Notes: generated by a model not told the origin, from the letters alone. A stretch of 64,000 nt of DNA from Euglena gracilis (GCA_039621445.1 CP154954.1:5743919-5807918); one strand, 5' to 3'; positions 1 to 13,750 are shown, counted from the stretch's first letter. Program-made: numbers and translations.

Positions 1-867
1 AGTCGGTTCCAATAACATGGCACTCCGCCAGTTATTTGGATGGGGGGGGGGGTCAGCGAACCCCCCCCCCGTGACCCGACCTAAGATCCTTTTCGGCCAA
101 TTTTTTTCTGAAAAAAATTGGCCGGTGATGCTAATTTGACAAAATATTCAGCTAGATTCCTGATTTTCAGGCATAAATTTTGCAAATTTTGGGATGCAAA
201 CCCCTATTTTTAGGTGTGGGGGTTCCTAATTTAAAGATTTCCCCCCAAAATTCGTTTTCAATGATTCCTAATTTGTCCACCGAAAATGTGGTGTTCCCCC
301 GTGACCCGAACCACCCCCAGAACTTTTTCCTCGAAAAAAGGGCCATTTCACAAGGAAAAAGGCCAATTTTTGCTTTTTCAAAAAAAACATGTTTTTTGGT
401 GTTTTTTTTTAAAAAACATGTTTTTTTTGCTTTATTTAAAAAAACAAAAAAAAACGACAACCCTGGGGGGGACACCCCCCTAAACAGTGGGGCAGTCCAG
501 TGACCGATTTTCGCCCCAGTGCGAAAGAAAAAATTTGACCCTCCTCCCCCCCAGTCTTAAAAAAACCCCAAAGCCCCTGGCCCACAACTTTACAGCCTCT
601 CAGCTGTGCCTGGGGGGGGGGCTTGTCAAGCAACACCCTGGTTGGATCGTGAGGGCACCCCCCATTGAGGGGTTTTTACGTTATTTCAATTTTTTTTGAC
701 CTAATACCCAAAAATTGCCGGGGGCCTGGGATGGTGCCGGACCTCCCTTCCCCTGGCACAAAGTGCTAAAAAAATTTTGAAAAATACTTTCAGGTTGCCC
801 AAGTTTGGGAGGCAGGCTTCTTTTTAAGACCCCCGGGGGGGGGCCACCCACCCAGGGTGGCGCGGGA
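1..867 (+). repeat. composite MITE block duplicated at ~5239-6526
   Basis: Near-identical sequence at both sites. The second copy carries an extra insertion at 5513-5923. Confidence 0.9.
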
Positions 868-3314
868 CCTTTTTTGCCTCCCCATTTTGTTAAATAACTT
901 ACAGCCACCTGGCTGTCCACGTGGAGCACAATTGTTTGTTTTGGTTTGGCTAGTGCCTGTACTGTTTCCACTGCAGCCTGCAACTCTTTTTGATTGATAT
1001 GAAGGACATGCAGGTCCCTCCAAAAATCCTGCACCTTTTGGCCTGAAGCTTTGTCCAGCCCCCCCCACTGCCAGGTGCTGCTGTCTGAAAAGAGCTCCTG
1101 AGAGGCCTGGGACTGAAATGCCCTGCCCACACCTGGCTGTAAAAAGGCTTTTAACTCCACAATTTGATCCTTGACCCCCTGGGGAATGGTCAGGGTGTGG
1201 TGCCAACCCCACTTTGTGTGCAAATCCACCATTTTGCAAAGTTGATCTGTCAGAATTCTGAGAAATGGCATTGAAACTAAATAGCTTCTGACTTGTCCCA
1301 CAATAGAACTGAGTTTTCTGCAGCTCATTTTCTGTGCTGTGAGCACTTTGCCTAGCTCCTCTCTTAAGGATTTTAGTTTTTCCTGAGGAATTTCCAATTG
1401 GCCTTTTTTCAAATTGATCCATTGGCCCAAATGTTTTATTTCCTGTGTGGGTTCCAGACAGGATTTGGGGAGGTTTAATCTGAAACCTGCCAGTAAAAGG
1501 TCTGTTTTTACTTCTGCCAAATGTTGGGCTGCTGTCTTTTTGCTGGGGGCTAACAGCAAAATGTCGTCCAGGTAGATGAAAACTACCTTGCCTTCCTTTC
1601 TCCATTTTCTTTCCCAGAAGCTCATAAGAGTCATAAATTTTTGTGGCAGGCTGCTTATACCAAAGCATGCAGCTTGAAATTGCCACGTTTCCCCCCCCAC
1701 CTGCATGCACACATGTTTTTCCAGACTGCTGTGCAGTTTTAAGTGGAAATATGCATCTTTCAGGTCTATTTTTCCACAGAACCAACCTTTTCTTAGATAT
1801 GGGAAGATGTTTCCCATGTGTTCCAATCTGAATTTCTGGGGGGTGAAATGGAGATTTAACTGTCGACAATCTGAAATCAGTCTTTCCTTGGTCTTTTCCC
1901 CTTCCTTTTTGGAAATGATAAAATAAGGGACAAAATGTTTTGCCTCCTGTGGGGTGATTTGCCTGGTTGCCCCTGCACATTCGTATTCTCTCAGAATTTT
2001 CTGGGCAGTCCTTATTTCTTGGGGAGTTTTGAAGGGAACTTTTAAGGACATCTGAGGGGGGAGGGGAAGATCTGCCCTGACCCCTTCCCTTATTAGGTTT
2101 AATACCTCTGTGCTGGCTCCTGCCTCGACCCAATGGGGGATGCTGGCCTGCAGGGCCCTGTAGGGGGGCACCCCTGGGTATAATGTGTCTGGGGATTCCA
2201 CAGGCCCCATCACTGGGGTCCTTTCCCCTGGCTGCCCCATCACTGGGGTCCATTCCCCTGGCTGCCCCATCACTGGGGTTGCCTCTGGCCCTGCCATAGG
2301 GCTGCTCAAAGACAGGCTTTCCCCCTGTTTTTGAAAGACGGGGGAAGGTCTGTGGTGGGGAGGTACATATAATGCTGGGGGGTGAGGGCTGATTACCTTC
2401 TGGGGGGGCCCTGGTGTAGCCAATCTTGGGCCTCCCCCCCAAGGGCTGATATCTTGAATGTACTGGCCTCCAGTGGCCACCTGAATTTGCTTGAAATGGC
2501 CTCCATTGGCCTTGATATCTTGATTGTAATGGCCTCCATTGGCCTTCAGGGCCATCTGGCCTTCTTGGTCTCCATTGACCTTCTCTCCAGCACTTTTCTT
2601 GTGTCTTCTTTTTCCCTCTTGGTTCCCCAGATGAGCCACCATGGCTGAATTATTCTGAGGGGTTTGATGCCACCTGTCTTGGCTGTGGCTTGCTTCCCCT
2701 GGGGGGAATGATTTTGAGGGTTCTGGGGGGATAGTTGGACATACCTCTCCCCACTGGGGTCCCCTGCTGGGATTCTGGGTTCTGTGTCCTTGAGAATGGG
2801 CACCATGCCCTTTTGAATGATGGCTGCCATAGCCTTGGGCCCCAGGCCCTGTAGATAGATGGCCGCCATGGCCATTTTGAGGAGGGTTTCCACCTTCCTG
2901 ACTTGAACCCTTTGAACTTGTCATATTTCCCCTGCCATAGGGGTGGGGATGAGAAGGGGGATGGGTAGTCTGCCAGACCTGTTTTTCCCGCTCCTGACAA
3001 TGTTTCCTTGATTGATGACTGTGATGGGTCCCCATGACCCAATGGGCCTTGCCCTGGATGGCTCCTCTGACGCTTTGCTCTGACCACGAGTGTCCAGGGT
3101 CCATGGCCGTCAGAAAAGCTTTGTTGAAAACAGGAAATTTCTGACGAACTGGGGGGCGGAAGGGTTGCGACGGCCACGGACGGACGTGTTGGCCCTGCTC
3201 CATCAGGTACTCCAGCGCCTGCAGTTCCTCGGTGTTTTCCAGCTTCGGCTGTCTGTCTTGAACGTCCTTGTGCTCCCACTTCCTCTTGACAGCTTGAAAT
3301 TTTTTCCAACACAT
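868..3314 (-). CDS. DIRS reverse transcriptase/RNase H (the C-terminal ~60 aa of ORF 681..3314 are read-through into unrelated repeat DNA)
   Basis: YLDD catalytic motif and RNaseH acidic residues are present. The frame is open, but the protein is cut after YLTKWGGKK, before the methyltransferase domain DIRS elements usually carry. Confidence 0.85.
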
Positions 3315-3554
3315 CTTTCATTGAATTCCGTTGAACACGTGTTTGATTTTTGAATGTCTTTGTCTTCAGTATTGACCGCACTCGTAGTGTTGAAATTCTT
3401 TCTCTTTGAGGTCGAAGGGCAGAAATAGCAATCAGCCAACTCCGGCAACAAAAAGCAGTAAGAAGCACCCCCCGCGCACGCACAAACACAGAACAGAACA
3501 GCCGGCAAGGAAAGCAGGACCTCACCATCTCGCAGTGCGGAGCCCGAATGGTCT
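868..3554 (-). mobile_element. DIRS-type retrotransposon copy 1 (left ITR 3554-3435, gag-like region, RT/RNaseH), 3'-truncated
   Basis: The ORF has DIRS-like RT motifs (KIDLKDAYFH, FGISSLP, FIYLDDILL) and RNaseH motifs (FSDSS..WGG, HINQKELQA, VDSQVA). Repeat 3435-3530 recurs at 4079-4178. Homology is lost at ~867, where a MITE composite begins. Confidence 0.9.
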
Positions 3555-3760
3555 TCTGCAAGAGGGGGGGGTGGACACCACCCACTGGAAACCCCACAGC
3601 ACCAGAGGACCTGGGGTTTTATGGTGGAAAAATGCTGGTTTGCAAGTGGAAGAAGTCCAGCAATTGGGTCAGTGGAAAAATTTTGGGGCCTTCCAAGCTC
3701 ATTATTTACGACTCGGTGTCGTTTCAAAAATTCAAAATCTTATGGCCCAAAGGGGAGTGC
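3553..3760 (+). pseudogene. tyrosine recombinase C-terminal fragment
   Basis: The frame of ORF 3406..4290 reads HSTRG (HxxR) ... LGQWKN ... FQAHYLR, with the candidate catalytic Tyr at 3703-3705. Confidence 0.85.
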
Positions 3761-4235
3761 ACAGTACCTCACCATCTCGAAGTGCGGAGCCCGAATGGTC
3801 TCGGACTCCCACGACAGAGGAAGGGGGAGGAATGGACCAAGAGGGCGAAGCACAAGAAGATGGTGAGCCCAACCCCCCCACCCAAAAAATCAGCAGAAAA
3901 AGAAAGACATCCCAACCAGAAAGGGGGCCCCCACCCAAGCAACCCCAACCACCCACCCAGAAACACAAAGAGAGACAACCATCCCCATCGAGGGGGGGGG
4001 GGGCACCAAGCAAACATGGGAGAGGGCGGGGCCACGACGGTTCAGCTTCGCCACGGTGTCGGAGGAGGCCTCATCATCGCCAACTCCGGCAACAAAGGCG
4101 CAGTAAGAAGCACCCCCCGCGCACACACAAACACACCAGAGCAGAACAGCCGGCAAGGAAAGCAGGACCTCACCATCTTCTTGTGCTTCGCCCTCTTGGT
4201 CCCTTCCTCCCCCTTCCTCTGTCGTGGGAGTCCGA
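3555..4235 (+). mobile_element. DIRS-type retrotransposon copy 2, 3' end: tyrosine recombinase C-terminus, ICR (3768-3867), right ITR (4079-4235)
   Basis: ICR 3768-3801 matches the outer end of the left ITR (3521-3554). ICR 3801-3867 is the reverse complement of 4169-4235. This is the canonical DIRS ICR/ITR layout. Confidence 0.85.
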
Positions 4236-4266
4236 TACCCTTCGCGGAAGTTACTTGGACATGGCA

Positions 4267-4691
4267 CATAGCTGGCATTTTTTTTCTTGAGAAAAAAACG
4301 TTTTTTGTTTTTTATTTTTAAAAAAACGGGCAAAAAAAAACGGCAAAAAAAACAAAGGGGAAAATGATGGTCCAAACTTTGATCGCAAGGGTGAACCAAT
4401 CTTAGCTCAAATGGCTTGAAAACCAATACTTTTTGGTTGTCTTCAACAAGAATGGTCAAAATAGGGCATTTTTCTGCCATTTTGGCTTGAAACCATTCCA
4501 AACTAACTTGAAACATCCCAAATTTGGTGTCTTTCTCTGACCGAGGATGGGCAAAAAATCTAAAATTAAAGGTAAAATTTTTTTTTGCCCTGGACCCTCA
4601 ATGGCGTTTTTTTTGTTTTTTTTAAAAAAAACATGTTTTTTTTAAAAAAACGTGTTTTTTTGACTTCGTTTTAAACGAAGTGCCAGCTATG
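4267..4691. mobile_element. hAT-like MITE
   Basis: TIRs CATAGCTGGCA/TGCCAGCTATG; perfect 8-bp TSD ACATGGCA (4259-4266, 4692-4699). Confidence 0.9.
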
Positions 4692-5512
4692 ACATGGCAA
4701 CATATGTTGACATCAGAGTGAAACTGGTCTTGATTGATATGATGACATCAGATCTTGAAACTGGAAAACAACTTGATTCTTTTTTGTGGCGATGGCAAAG
4801 TTTCGCAAAGCTGGAGGGCAAACAGCGGCGGATGTTCGGCAACGCTGTTCTCGCTGATTCCATAGCACGTGGCACTGCCAATAGGGATGAATAACTGCAA
4901 TTCTTTGGGTCAAACTCAGGCCTCATTTGTATTCTCCCCACTCGGTCAGCCGATGGAACCAGGCTGAAGTTGACCAATTGACCAGGGGGGGGGTTTGGAG
5001 TTTTTTTCCAAAAAATTTGTCACTGGAAAAAAAGTCCGACAGCAAGCCCTGCTAAACCCGCCCCCCCCCCCCCCAAAATAACCTGGCGGGGCCCTTGCGG
5101 GGCCCTGGCAGTGGCGGCAGGGGGAGGGGCAAAAAAGAAGCTTCCAGTAACTTGGCACCCCCTTTTTAAGGAAAATTCCTTTACGACGCTGAAAAAAAGG
5201 GCCCAAATAACCTGGCGGGGGGGGGGGGCAGGGCCAAAAGTCGGTTCCAATAACATGGCACTCCGCCAGTTATTTGGATGGGGGGGGGGTCAGCGACCCC
5301 CCCCCCCCCCCCGTGACCCGACCTAAGATCCTTTTCGGCCAAATTTTTTCTGAAAAAAATTGGCCGGTGATGCTAATTTGACAAAATATTCAGCTAGATT
5401 CCTGCTTTTGAGGCATAAATTTTGCAAATTTTGGGATGCAAACCCCTATTTTTAGGTGTGGGGGTTCCTAATTTAAGGATTTCCCCCCAAAATTCGTTTT
5501 CAATGATTCCTA

Positions 5513-5923
5513 CCCCCCCCCCCCCCTAGTCGTATGACCGGGTTCCTGCAACCTGTGACCGGGGGGGGTGGTCATAACACCCCCATAACCTGCAACCTGT
5601 GACCGGGGGGTGGTCATAGATGAGGGGGCGGTCGTAGAAGTGTGTGAAAACTGTCCCAAAATGGCAGATTTACCCCCCCCAAATGTCCCATTTTTCAAAA
5701 ATCCGGCGCTTCGCGCCAGCAGGGGGGACCTTATTTTGGGGGGGTCCATTTCATGGATTTTTGCTCGGACCGGCCAGGGGGGGGACTTATTTTGGGGGGT
5801 TAAATTTTTCGCAACCTGCAACCTGTGACCGGGGGGGGTGGTCATAACACCCCCATGACCTGCAACCTGTGACCGGGGGGTGGTCATAGATGAGGGGTGG
5901 TCGTACGACTAGGGGGGGGGGGG
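5513..5923. mobile_element. TA-TSD MITE (Tc1/mariner-like) with poly-C/CTAGTCGTA TIRs
   Basis: TIRs C(n)TAGTCGTA ... TACGACTAG(n), with TA on both sides. The empty site GATTCCTAATTTG is visible in the paralogue at ~263-275. Confidence 0.9.
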
Positions 5924-6471
5924 TAATTTGGCCACCGAAAATGTGGTGTTCCCCCGTGACCCGAACCACCCCCAGAACTTTTTCCTCGAAAAAATGGCCA
6001 TTTCACAAGGAAAACGGCCAATTTTTGCTTTTTCAAAAAAAACATGTTTTTGGTGTTTTTTTAAAAAACATGTTTTTTTTTGCTTTATTTAAAAAAACAA
6101 AAAAAAACGACAACCCTGGGGGGGACACCCCCCCACCTAAACAGTGGGGCAGTCCAGTGACCGATTTTCGCCCCAGTGCGAAAGAAAAAATTTGACCCCC
6201 CTCCCCCCCAGTCTTAAAAAAACCCCAAAGCCCCTGGCCCACAACTTTACAGCCTCTCAGCTGTGCCTGGGGGGGGGGGGGCTTGTCAAGCAACACCCTG
6301 GTTGGATCGTGAGGGCACCCCCCATTGAGGGGTTTTTACGTTATTTCAATTTTTTTGACCTAATACCCAAAAATTGCCGGGGGCCTGGGATGGTGCCGGA
6401 CCTCCCTTCCCCTGGCACAAAATGCTAAAAAAATTTTGAAAAATACTTTCAGGTTGCCCAAGTTTGGGAGG

Positions 6472-6716
6472 CAGGCTTCTTTTTAAGACCCCCGGGGGGG
6501 GGGGGCACCCAGCCAGGGTGGCGCGGGCCCCCCCGGGGGGGGGGGACCCCCAAAATCGGGCCCGTTAAAGGCAATTTTCAAAAATTTTCGGCGCTTTGCG
6601 CCGAAAAGGTATACCCAGCGCCTCCGGCGCGGGACCCCCCCCAGGGGGGGGGGTCCGGCCCGGACCCACCCACCCTCCCCCAGGGGGGGGGGTCAGGTGA
6701 CTTAAAAAGAAGCCTG
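6472..6716. mobile_element. hAT-like MITE
   Basis: TIRs CAGGCTTCTTTTTAAG/CTTAAAAAGAAGCCTG; 8-bp TSD TTGGGAGG. Confidence 0.9.
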
Positions 6717-9700
6717 TTGGGAGGGTCCTTCACCAGGCTGGATGGGTGCAAGGGGTTTGTTTTAGTCTTCGACCCCGGGGGGGGGGTGGGTCTGGCCGAG
6801 CCCCCAACCCCGGGTGGGGGTGGGATATACTTTTCGGCGAAAATTTTGAAAAAGGGGCTATTTTAAGCATTTTTCGTGATTTTGGCCATTTTCGGGTAAA
6901 AGCTGTGGGTCCCCCCGGGGGAGGGGGGTAACACTTTCCCAAAAATTTTCGGCGCCAAACATAAACCACCCCCGGGGGGGGGGGGGGCTCAGCCGGACCC
7001 ACCCATCCTCCCCCCCCCAGTGCAAGACTAAAAAAAACCCCTGTTTTGGGCTGCCTGGGAGAAGGCTGCTAGCTGAGCGCCCCCCCCCCCCCCACCGGGG
7101 TTCCCAGTGAAGATGGGCCGTCAAAAAAAGGTCCAAAAAACCGAAACTGCTAGAATGCCCCGAAAGCCACCAATTATGCAAAAAAACATCAATTTTTGAC
7201 CCAAATGTGTTTTGGCAAGCCCTGCTGTTAATTTGGAAATCCCTGATGATATGACCCCATCTAATATGCAACTTTGATAATGAAGTAATGAAGCCTGATG
7301 CGTGCATGGTGTTCTGTCCCCAAAGTGGGGTGACAACCCATAATGCCAGGTGGGCATCCATGGAATATGATTGGGGGGAACTGTGAATCAAGGCATGAGA
7401 TAGGTGGGCCACACCCATCCATCCTTGCACGACACCAAGTCCCAACACAAATTGATCGCTGCAAGTACATCGCTTTGCGCAAATATTTCACATCCATCCT
7501 GGGTGGTCCCCAAACAAAAAAAAACTTCCCAACACACACATTCAAATGACTCCAGACAATTGCTCAATATTCCCTTTTGCGCCGGCTGGGCTGATCCGGT
7601 ACAATCACATGCCAGGGGGGGGGGGGGATGCGCTGGACGGCCCTCGGAAAAAATGCGCAAAAATGCGCTGAGTTTGTACATTCCTAAGGGAAAAAAGACT
7701 TGGAAAAATTTCCAACAATAAACCCAAAATTAAACCAAAATCACCAAAAACAGCTGAAATGAAGGCAGTTTTGGTATATAAAAAAAATGCACGAGCAAGG
7801 CGTCACTCTCTGTCCACCATAACCAACAATGTCAGCCATGGTTGCCCCTTACTTGTGACGAGGGGAGAAGGATTCGATGTGGGGTCTCTGAAAACCCTGG
7901 TGTCCTCATCATCGTTGGATGAGTACCCACACCTCATCACCCAACGGTTTTTTCTTGAGGCGGGTCCCTTGGGTGGAAAAAAGTGCGGAAATGGGTTCGT
8001 TGGTTATAGAAATGGGTTAGTTGAATGTGGGCAAAATTCGGTGAGCATGTGGTTTGGTTGGTGTTGAAGAACGGTATTGAAGAACATCAATGTCAAGTGT
8101 TGTTTTTGGCATATGGACAATGTGGACAACATGGACAATATTGACAAAATGCCTCCAAAAAGTGTAAAAAAAAAAGTGGGAGAATGGAAAAAAATGCGCA
8201 AAAATGCGCATTTTTGAAAAAATGACAAAAATGCGCAAAAATGCGCAGCGCATCCCCCCCCCCTGCACATGGGGTAGAGTCAGATTCACAACACCTGTAT
8301 CCTTGCATCCAGAGTTCCTTTCCTGCTGAGAATTGGATGAGATCCCATTTAGGCCCGAATCGCTGACTGGACAAATACGCAGCGAAATATATGCAAGACG
8401 AAGCAGGGCGACTGGGAGCCGAACTTCACACTCGGCAGAGGCAAAAACCCTGAGTGGGAAAAATTCAGGTGTTTGCTTGAATTCTTCAAATCCCATGTCG
8501 AAAACCATGAATTATCTTGAATTCTTCTTGAGCCAGCCCAACTCGGCCGTCCTTGCCTTGCACAAATTGCAAATTAACCCCCAAATGGAGGTTTTGAAAA
8601 GCATTTGGGTGGGTTTTGAGTCATTTTCCTTCACATTTGATTGAAAAATTGGGGGGGGGGGCTTAAAAATTTCTTTAGAGGGGGGGTGGACTTATTATTG
8701 GTGGTCGGCCCGACCACCAATGGTCGCTAGCGACTAGTCGCCACCACCAAAAATCCATCACCAAATTCCCGCAATGAGCCCATCAATGGCACATTTTTGC
8801 AAACACAAACGTGGACCAGAAGAGAAGAAAGACAAGAAGACATGCCAGGGGAGATCCAGTCGCCCTGGGGGTTCACTGAACTGAACTGAACTCCCACTTT
8901 TGTCGCGTGCAAAATGAGAGCGAAGGGACGGAAGGGATTGCATTCCGCTTCCGTAATCCTGTGCGCTATGGATGGTGCATGTCGCTGCTTGATGGGGGTG
9001 AATGTGCCCACAATGGACCTGATCCCTTGTGCAAAGAAAAGAAAAGGAGGAAAGACTGAGAAGAACAGGGGGGGTGAGAGGGGAGGATGCAATGCTTGTG
9101 GGGATCATCCTTGAAAAACTCCCTGCTGAAATCCTCATTTTTGTTTCACTTTCCAGAGTGCCTCTGCTGTTATTTTTGCACAATTTGGGCATTCCGTCGT
9201 TCTTCTGTGAGGAACATGCTTTGGGTCTGTCCAAATTCGGGGGAGAAAAATTTTCTTCAGACGTCATTTGATTGTTCTGGTGATTCTGAGTTCGTCTCTG
9301 CCTCCCATTTCATCTTCACTTTCAAATCAGTGGGAGTTTGGAACAGGTGAAGAAACAAAGCTGACAGCAACACAGAAAGGTAATAGGCCCGATTTGCAGA
9401 CAACATGGGCCACCAAACTACAAGTACAGTTGTGTTGTCGGTTGGTTTGGCTTTTATATGCATGATGATGAGGAAATGCTCTTGTGGAACAGAGGGAATT
9501 GACCAGGGGTTCTTTTACCCCCCCCCCTGTCCAACAACCACTGAATATCGCGACTGACTGGGGGGGGGTAGCTATTTTGGCCAAATATCGCTACTGACCA
9601 GGGGGGGTGGTCGCTAGACAAGACCGGGGCCAAAAACACTTTCTCCCGCTTCGCCTCAAGGTGAAGAAAAAAGTTTCCTTTGCCTGACATGGCCACAACA

Positions 9701-9991
9701 CTCAGATTCTGGCTGAGCAAAAGACTGCCATTGCAAATCCAACCCACATCACATCTATAGCACACATCACATTAGCACATGTACCCCCCTTGTCTAAGAA
9801 CCAGAAAAAATGGGTAAGAACTGGGGGGGGTGCTTAGACAAGGGGGGAAAACGTATTACCCCCCAAAAAATCGGTGCTTCGCGCCGTAAGAGGTAAAAAA
9901 AAAACAAACCTTGTAACGTTCCATCAACATGGCAATGCAGCACAGAGACAGATGGTCACACTCGGTGGAGTCTTACAGTGGCATCGTGGTA

Positions 9992-10251
9992 CCCCCCCCT
10001 CCCCTAGTCGTATGACCGGGTTCCTGCAACCTGTGACCGGGGGGTGTGGTCGTAACACCCCCATAACCTGCAACCTGTGACCGGGGGGTGGTCGTAAATG
10101 AGGGGGCGGTCATAGGTAAGGTGGTGTTAAATTTTTCGCAACCTGCAACCTGTGACCGGGGGGTGTGGTCGTAACACACCCATGACCTGCAACCTGCGAC
10201 CGGGGGGTGGTCGTAAATGAGGGGTGGTCGTACGACTAGGGGAGGGGGGGG
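9992..10251. mobile_element. TA-TSD MITE, same family as 5513-5923
   Basis: Same TIRs, same internal ACCTGCAACCTGTGACCGGGG subrepeats, and TA flanks. Confidence 0.88.
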
Positions 10252-13200
10252 TAAAACTACGCTTTCTGTTCTACACCAAGCGGAACTTTTGGGGTAAGAT
10301 GTAAAACAATATGTGATATCCACCAAACAAGGTGACCTTTAAAAAGATGGGTAAGAACCGGGGGGGGTGCTTAGACAAGGGTGGTGCTACCTCCCCCCCC
10401 CTTGTCAATGTTCCAGGAGAGTGCCGTTGACACAGGGGGTGCGTCAACGACACGCCATGTCAATGTCACTGTGATTCAATAGGTAATGTTCCAGAAAAGT
10501 GTCGTTGAAGCGGGGGGGGGGGTGTCAACGACACGCCGTGTCAACGACAAGGGGGGGGGAGGTCAGACAATGGGGGGGGCAGGTATATACACACAGGTAT
10601 AAATCCGCCATGAAAGTTGTAAGAAAAGGCTGGAGGTAAGAACGCGAACATCTGGAAAAAAAGATCACCTGGAAAAAGATCGCTACTGACTGGGGGGGGG
10701 TCGTTGGACAAGGGGGGGGGTGAGGTAAGGCCGGGGGGATGGGGTCGGCACCCCCCCACCCACCCCTGGGATGGGCCCCCCCCCCCCGGGAGGTGGGTGG
10801 GTCCGGGGGACCCACCGCCAAAAATGCTAAAAATAGCACATTTTTCAAAAAAATTTCGGCGCCGAAAAAGATATACCCACCAGCCCCTATCCGGGGAGGG
10901 GGTCCAAGGGACCCCCCCCAGGGGGAGGGGGTCCAAGACTAAAAAAAACCCCTGGAAATGACCAACTGAACCACTGCAACCACAACCAAAACCTTTTGGA
11001 CTTGAACCAAGCAGACGAGAGAGGACTTTTTAAAATTAAAAAAAAACTGTGTGCTAAGGTCACCCTCTGGGCCTGATAAATCCCCGGAATAAAATACGCA
11101 AAGAAAAATCAAATTTGGAGACCTCAGGTGGGGGGACCACAAAATATGCACTAAAATGTGTGAAAAATTGTGCTGAAAAGCTGCGGAAAGCATATCATTT
11201 TTGGTTGTGTTCAGGTGACGTGGCAAGGCATTTCAGGCCACTGATATGCCGTTTTGCCACTGATGCCGATATGCCACTGATATGATGTTTTTGACCATTT
11301 CAGGCCATTTCGGGGCCATTTTGGTTGCCCCCAAAATTTCAAAAATTTTGCGGTCAAAACACACGTGGCAACAGACAAAATATCCTCACAAAGTGTGTGA
11401 CATATGCACTGTTTGGCCAAAAAAAATACACAAAATAAAAAAATAATGAATAATAAATGAATAATAAATAATAAAAAATGCAAAATATGCGAAATGCGCG
11501 CAAAATATGCACTCCGCATATCCCCTCCATGAGACCTGTTTTTGTGCAAATTTTTCAGCAGATTTTGGCCCTGTTTGCTGTGTGGACTTGTTCGGTGTTT
11601 TGACAGGAAACCTGAAGGGCTTCCAATTGGGGGGGTATGGATTCTTTAGTGCCTCGTACCCAACATGACGGCCGCTTTGCCTTTACTGAACATCCCTACA
11701 CCCGTGCCCCCCCCCCCCGATAATGTCCCATACCCGGCTGAACCACAGGGTGGGTATGGACACTATCGGGGGGGGGGGGGCAAATAAAAATCCTTTAGGA
11801 CCAGCTGTTCGGGTCCCGAGGCGGGGGGGGGGGGGGGGGGTTGGGGGAACTATTGGGGGGGGGGCAGGGAACTCACAGGTGTGAAAAAAAATTCAAAAAA
11901 ACCAGGGCAAAGAGCATTTCGCGTCTGCTTCGGCATATGTGGGATGATGATTTCTTGAAATAATGCTGGGGTCAACCATCAGCCCCTGGTGAGGAGCCTC
12001 TCACGACACACTCTTGTTTTTTTTAAGGACCCAGGGCAGGGTTCGATATAAAGACAGGTGGGGGGGGTGGTCCGGCCCCCCCCCCTGCGGCCAGGAGGGG
12101 GGGGGGTGGGGGGGGGACACCCCCCCACCTAAACAGTTGCGCGGTCTGGGTTTCCGAAAATTTTTGACCCCCCAAAACGACCAAAAGTGCCATTTTGGGC
12201 ACTTTTTGGGCAAAAAATGTGCCAAAAATGCAAAAAAATTTCGGCGCGAAGCGCCGGAGGAAAAAATTGACCCTTTTGGGGGGGGGGGTCCCGGGAACCC
12301 CCCCCCCGGTCCGGACCCCCCTGGCAGGGGGGGGGGGGGCCGGACCCCCCCTGCGGGCCAGGAGGGGGGCATTTTTGGCCACTTTTGAACACAGTTTTTC
12401 AAAAAATTTCGGCGCTTCGCGCCGAAAAATTCTGGGCTGGACCCCCAAAAAAGGGGCTGGCTAGCTGGGCTAGCAGCACCCCCCCCCCTGGGGGGTGCTG
12501 CTGCGGCTGGGCTGGGCCCAAATCGGGGCTGGCTGCAGCCGCCCCCCCCCTTAGATGCACTTTGGCTTCTGTAGCCGCCCCCCCCCCCCGGGGGGGGTTC
12601 GCAAAACCTTAGAGAGATGTATGTATGACCCTGACCCAGGGGGTCCGCTGGAAAGCCTGGTGGGAGGACCAGTCCCGCCCCACCAAATGGGGCACCCCTT
12701 CACCCGGGGAGGGAGGTGCGGCGGACCCAAAATCTTGGTGCTTTGTGGGGTTCCAACCAGGCTGTTTGTTTAGCCAACCCCTGGCTGGGGGTCCGGGGTG
12801 CCCTCGAGTGCCTGCCCAGGCAGGCACGGGTCAACCGCAAAAATGGAATCCAGGAGGTTACCTGCCGGAGGCTCCAGGGAGGCTCAGGTAACCAGCCTCC
12901 AGGGAGCCTCCCTGGAGGCTCCAGGTAACCAAAAGTGAGGATTCCAAATTTTCTGGGACCTACTCCCCTCCGGGGGGGGGGGGGGGGCGGGTCGGATTTC
13001 GGCCTGTGCCCAGGAACTTTCCTCAGAAAAAAGGCCATTTTCCTTGAAAATAGGCATTTTTTGAGCCTTCCGGAGCCTTCCGCGCCGGAGTGCCTGGTAG
13101 GCACTTTTGGCCGAGTGCCCTCCCCCCCGGAGGGGGGTCGGATTTGGAGTGCCTGCCCAGGCAGCCCCCCCCCCCCCGGGGTGGGGGTCGGCACCCAAAT

Positions 13201-13662
13201 ACAGCCTGGTTCCAACCATGCCATTGCTTCGTAACCCCCCCAAGGGGTCACTGTCCACTTTCAAAAAACCAGTCAGTCCACTACGCACCAACAACCCGGG
13301 GGGGGGGGGTTGGTCACTCTGGCCACTGGGCCAAAGATGACTCAAAACCAATGGGTTTTGGCCAAACCCAAAAAAAATTCCGGGCCACCGGGGGCTTTTT
13401 CAAGGACCAGGGGGTCTTGCACGCCAGCTGGGAAATAGGTGCTGGCTGGACATCCCCCCCTGGGGGAGGGGGGGGGGTCCAGGTCCGGCCGGCAGCTGGA
13501 CGGCGAGGACCCAAAAACACGCAAAAAAAGTCCAAATCCTCCTTTGCATTTAAATCAAGGGACAAAACGCCAACCATCTTCATTTTTTTCTCTTCTTTCT
13601 TCTGAGCACTTTGGGTTGGTATTTGTGGACTTTGTGCTGTGTGTGTGTTTGTGGACTTTGTG

Positions 13663-13665
<3 letters not shown>

Positions 13666-13717
<52 letters not shown>

Positions 13718-13750
13718 TGTGTGCGTGCGTGCGTGTGCGTGTGTGTGCGC
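13666..13750. repeat. compound (TC)n(TG)n microsatellite in the probable 3' UTR of the host gene
   Basis: Directly visible, ~125 bp past the stop codon at 13874. Confidence 0.95.

Noticed and set aside
2204-2560. 30-bp and 36-bp repeats as a CRISPR-like array
   Set aside because: In-frame coding tandem repeats within the DIRS ORF, without unique spacers.
4694-4894. 66-aa ORF beside the hAT MITE
   Set aside because: Could be a coding remnant, but I have no supporting homology.
8758-9470. unique-looking stretch with possible exons
   Set aside because: No recognisable protein motif or splice pairing found; left uncalled.
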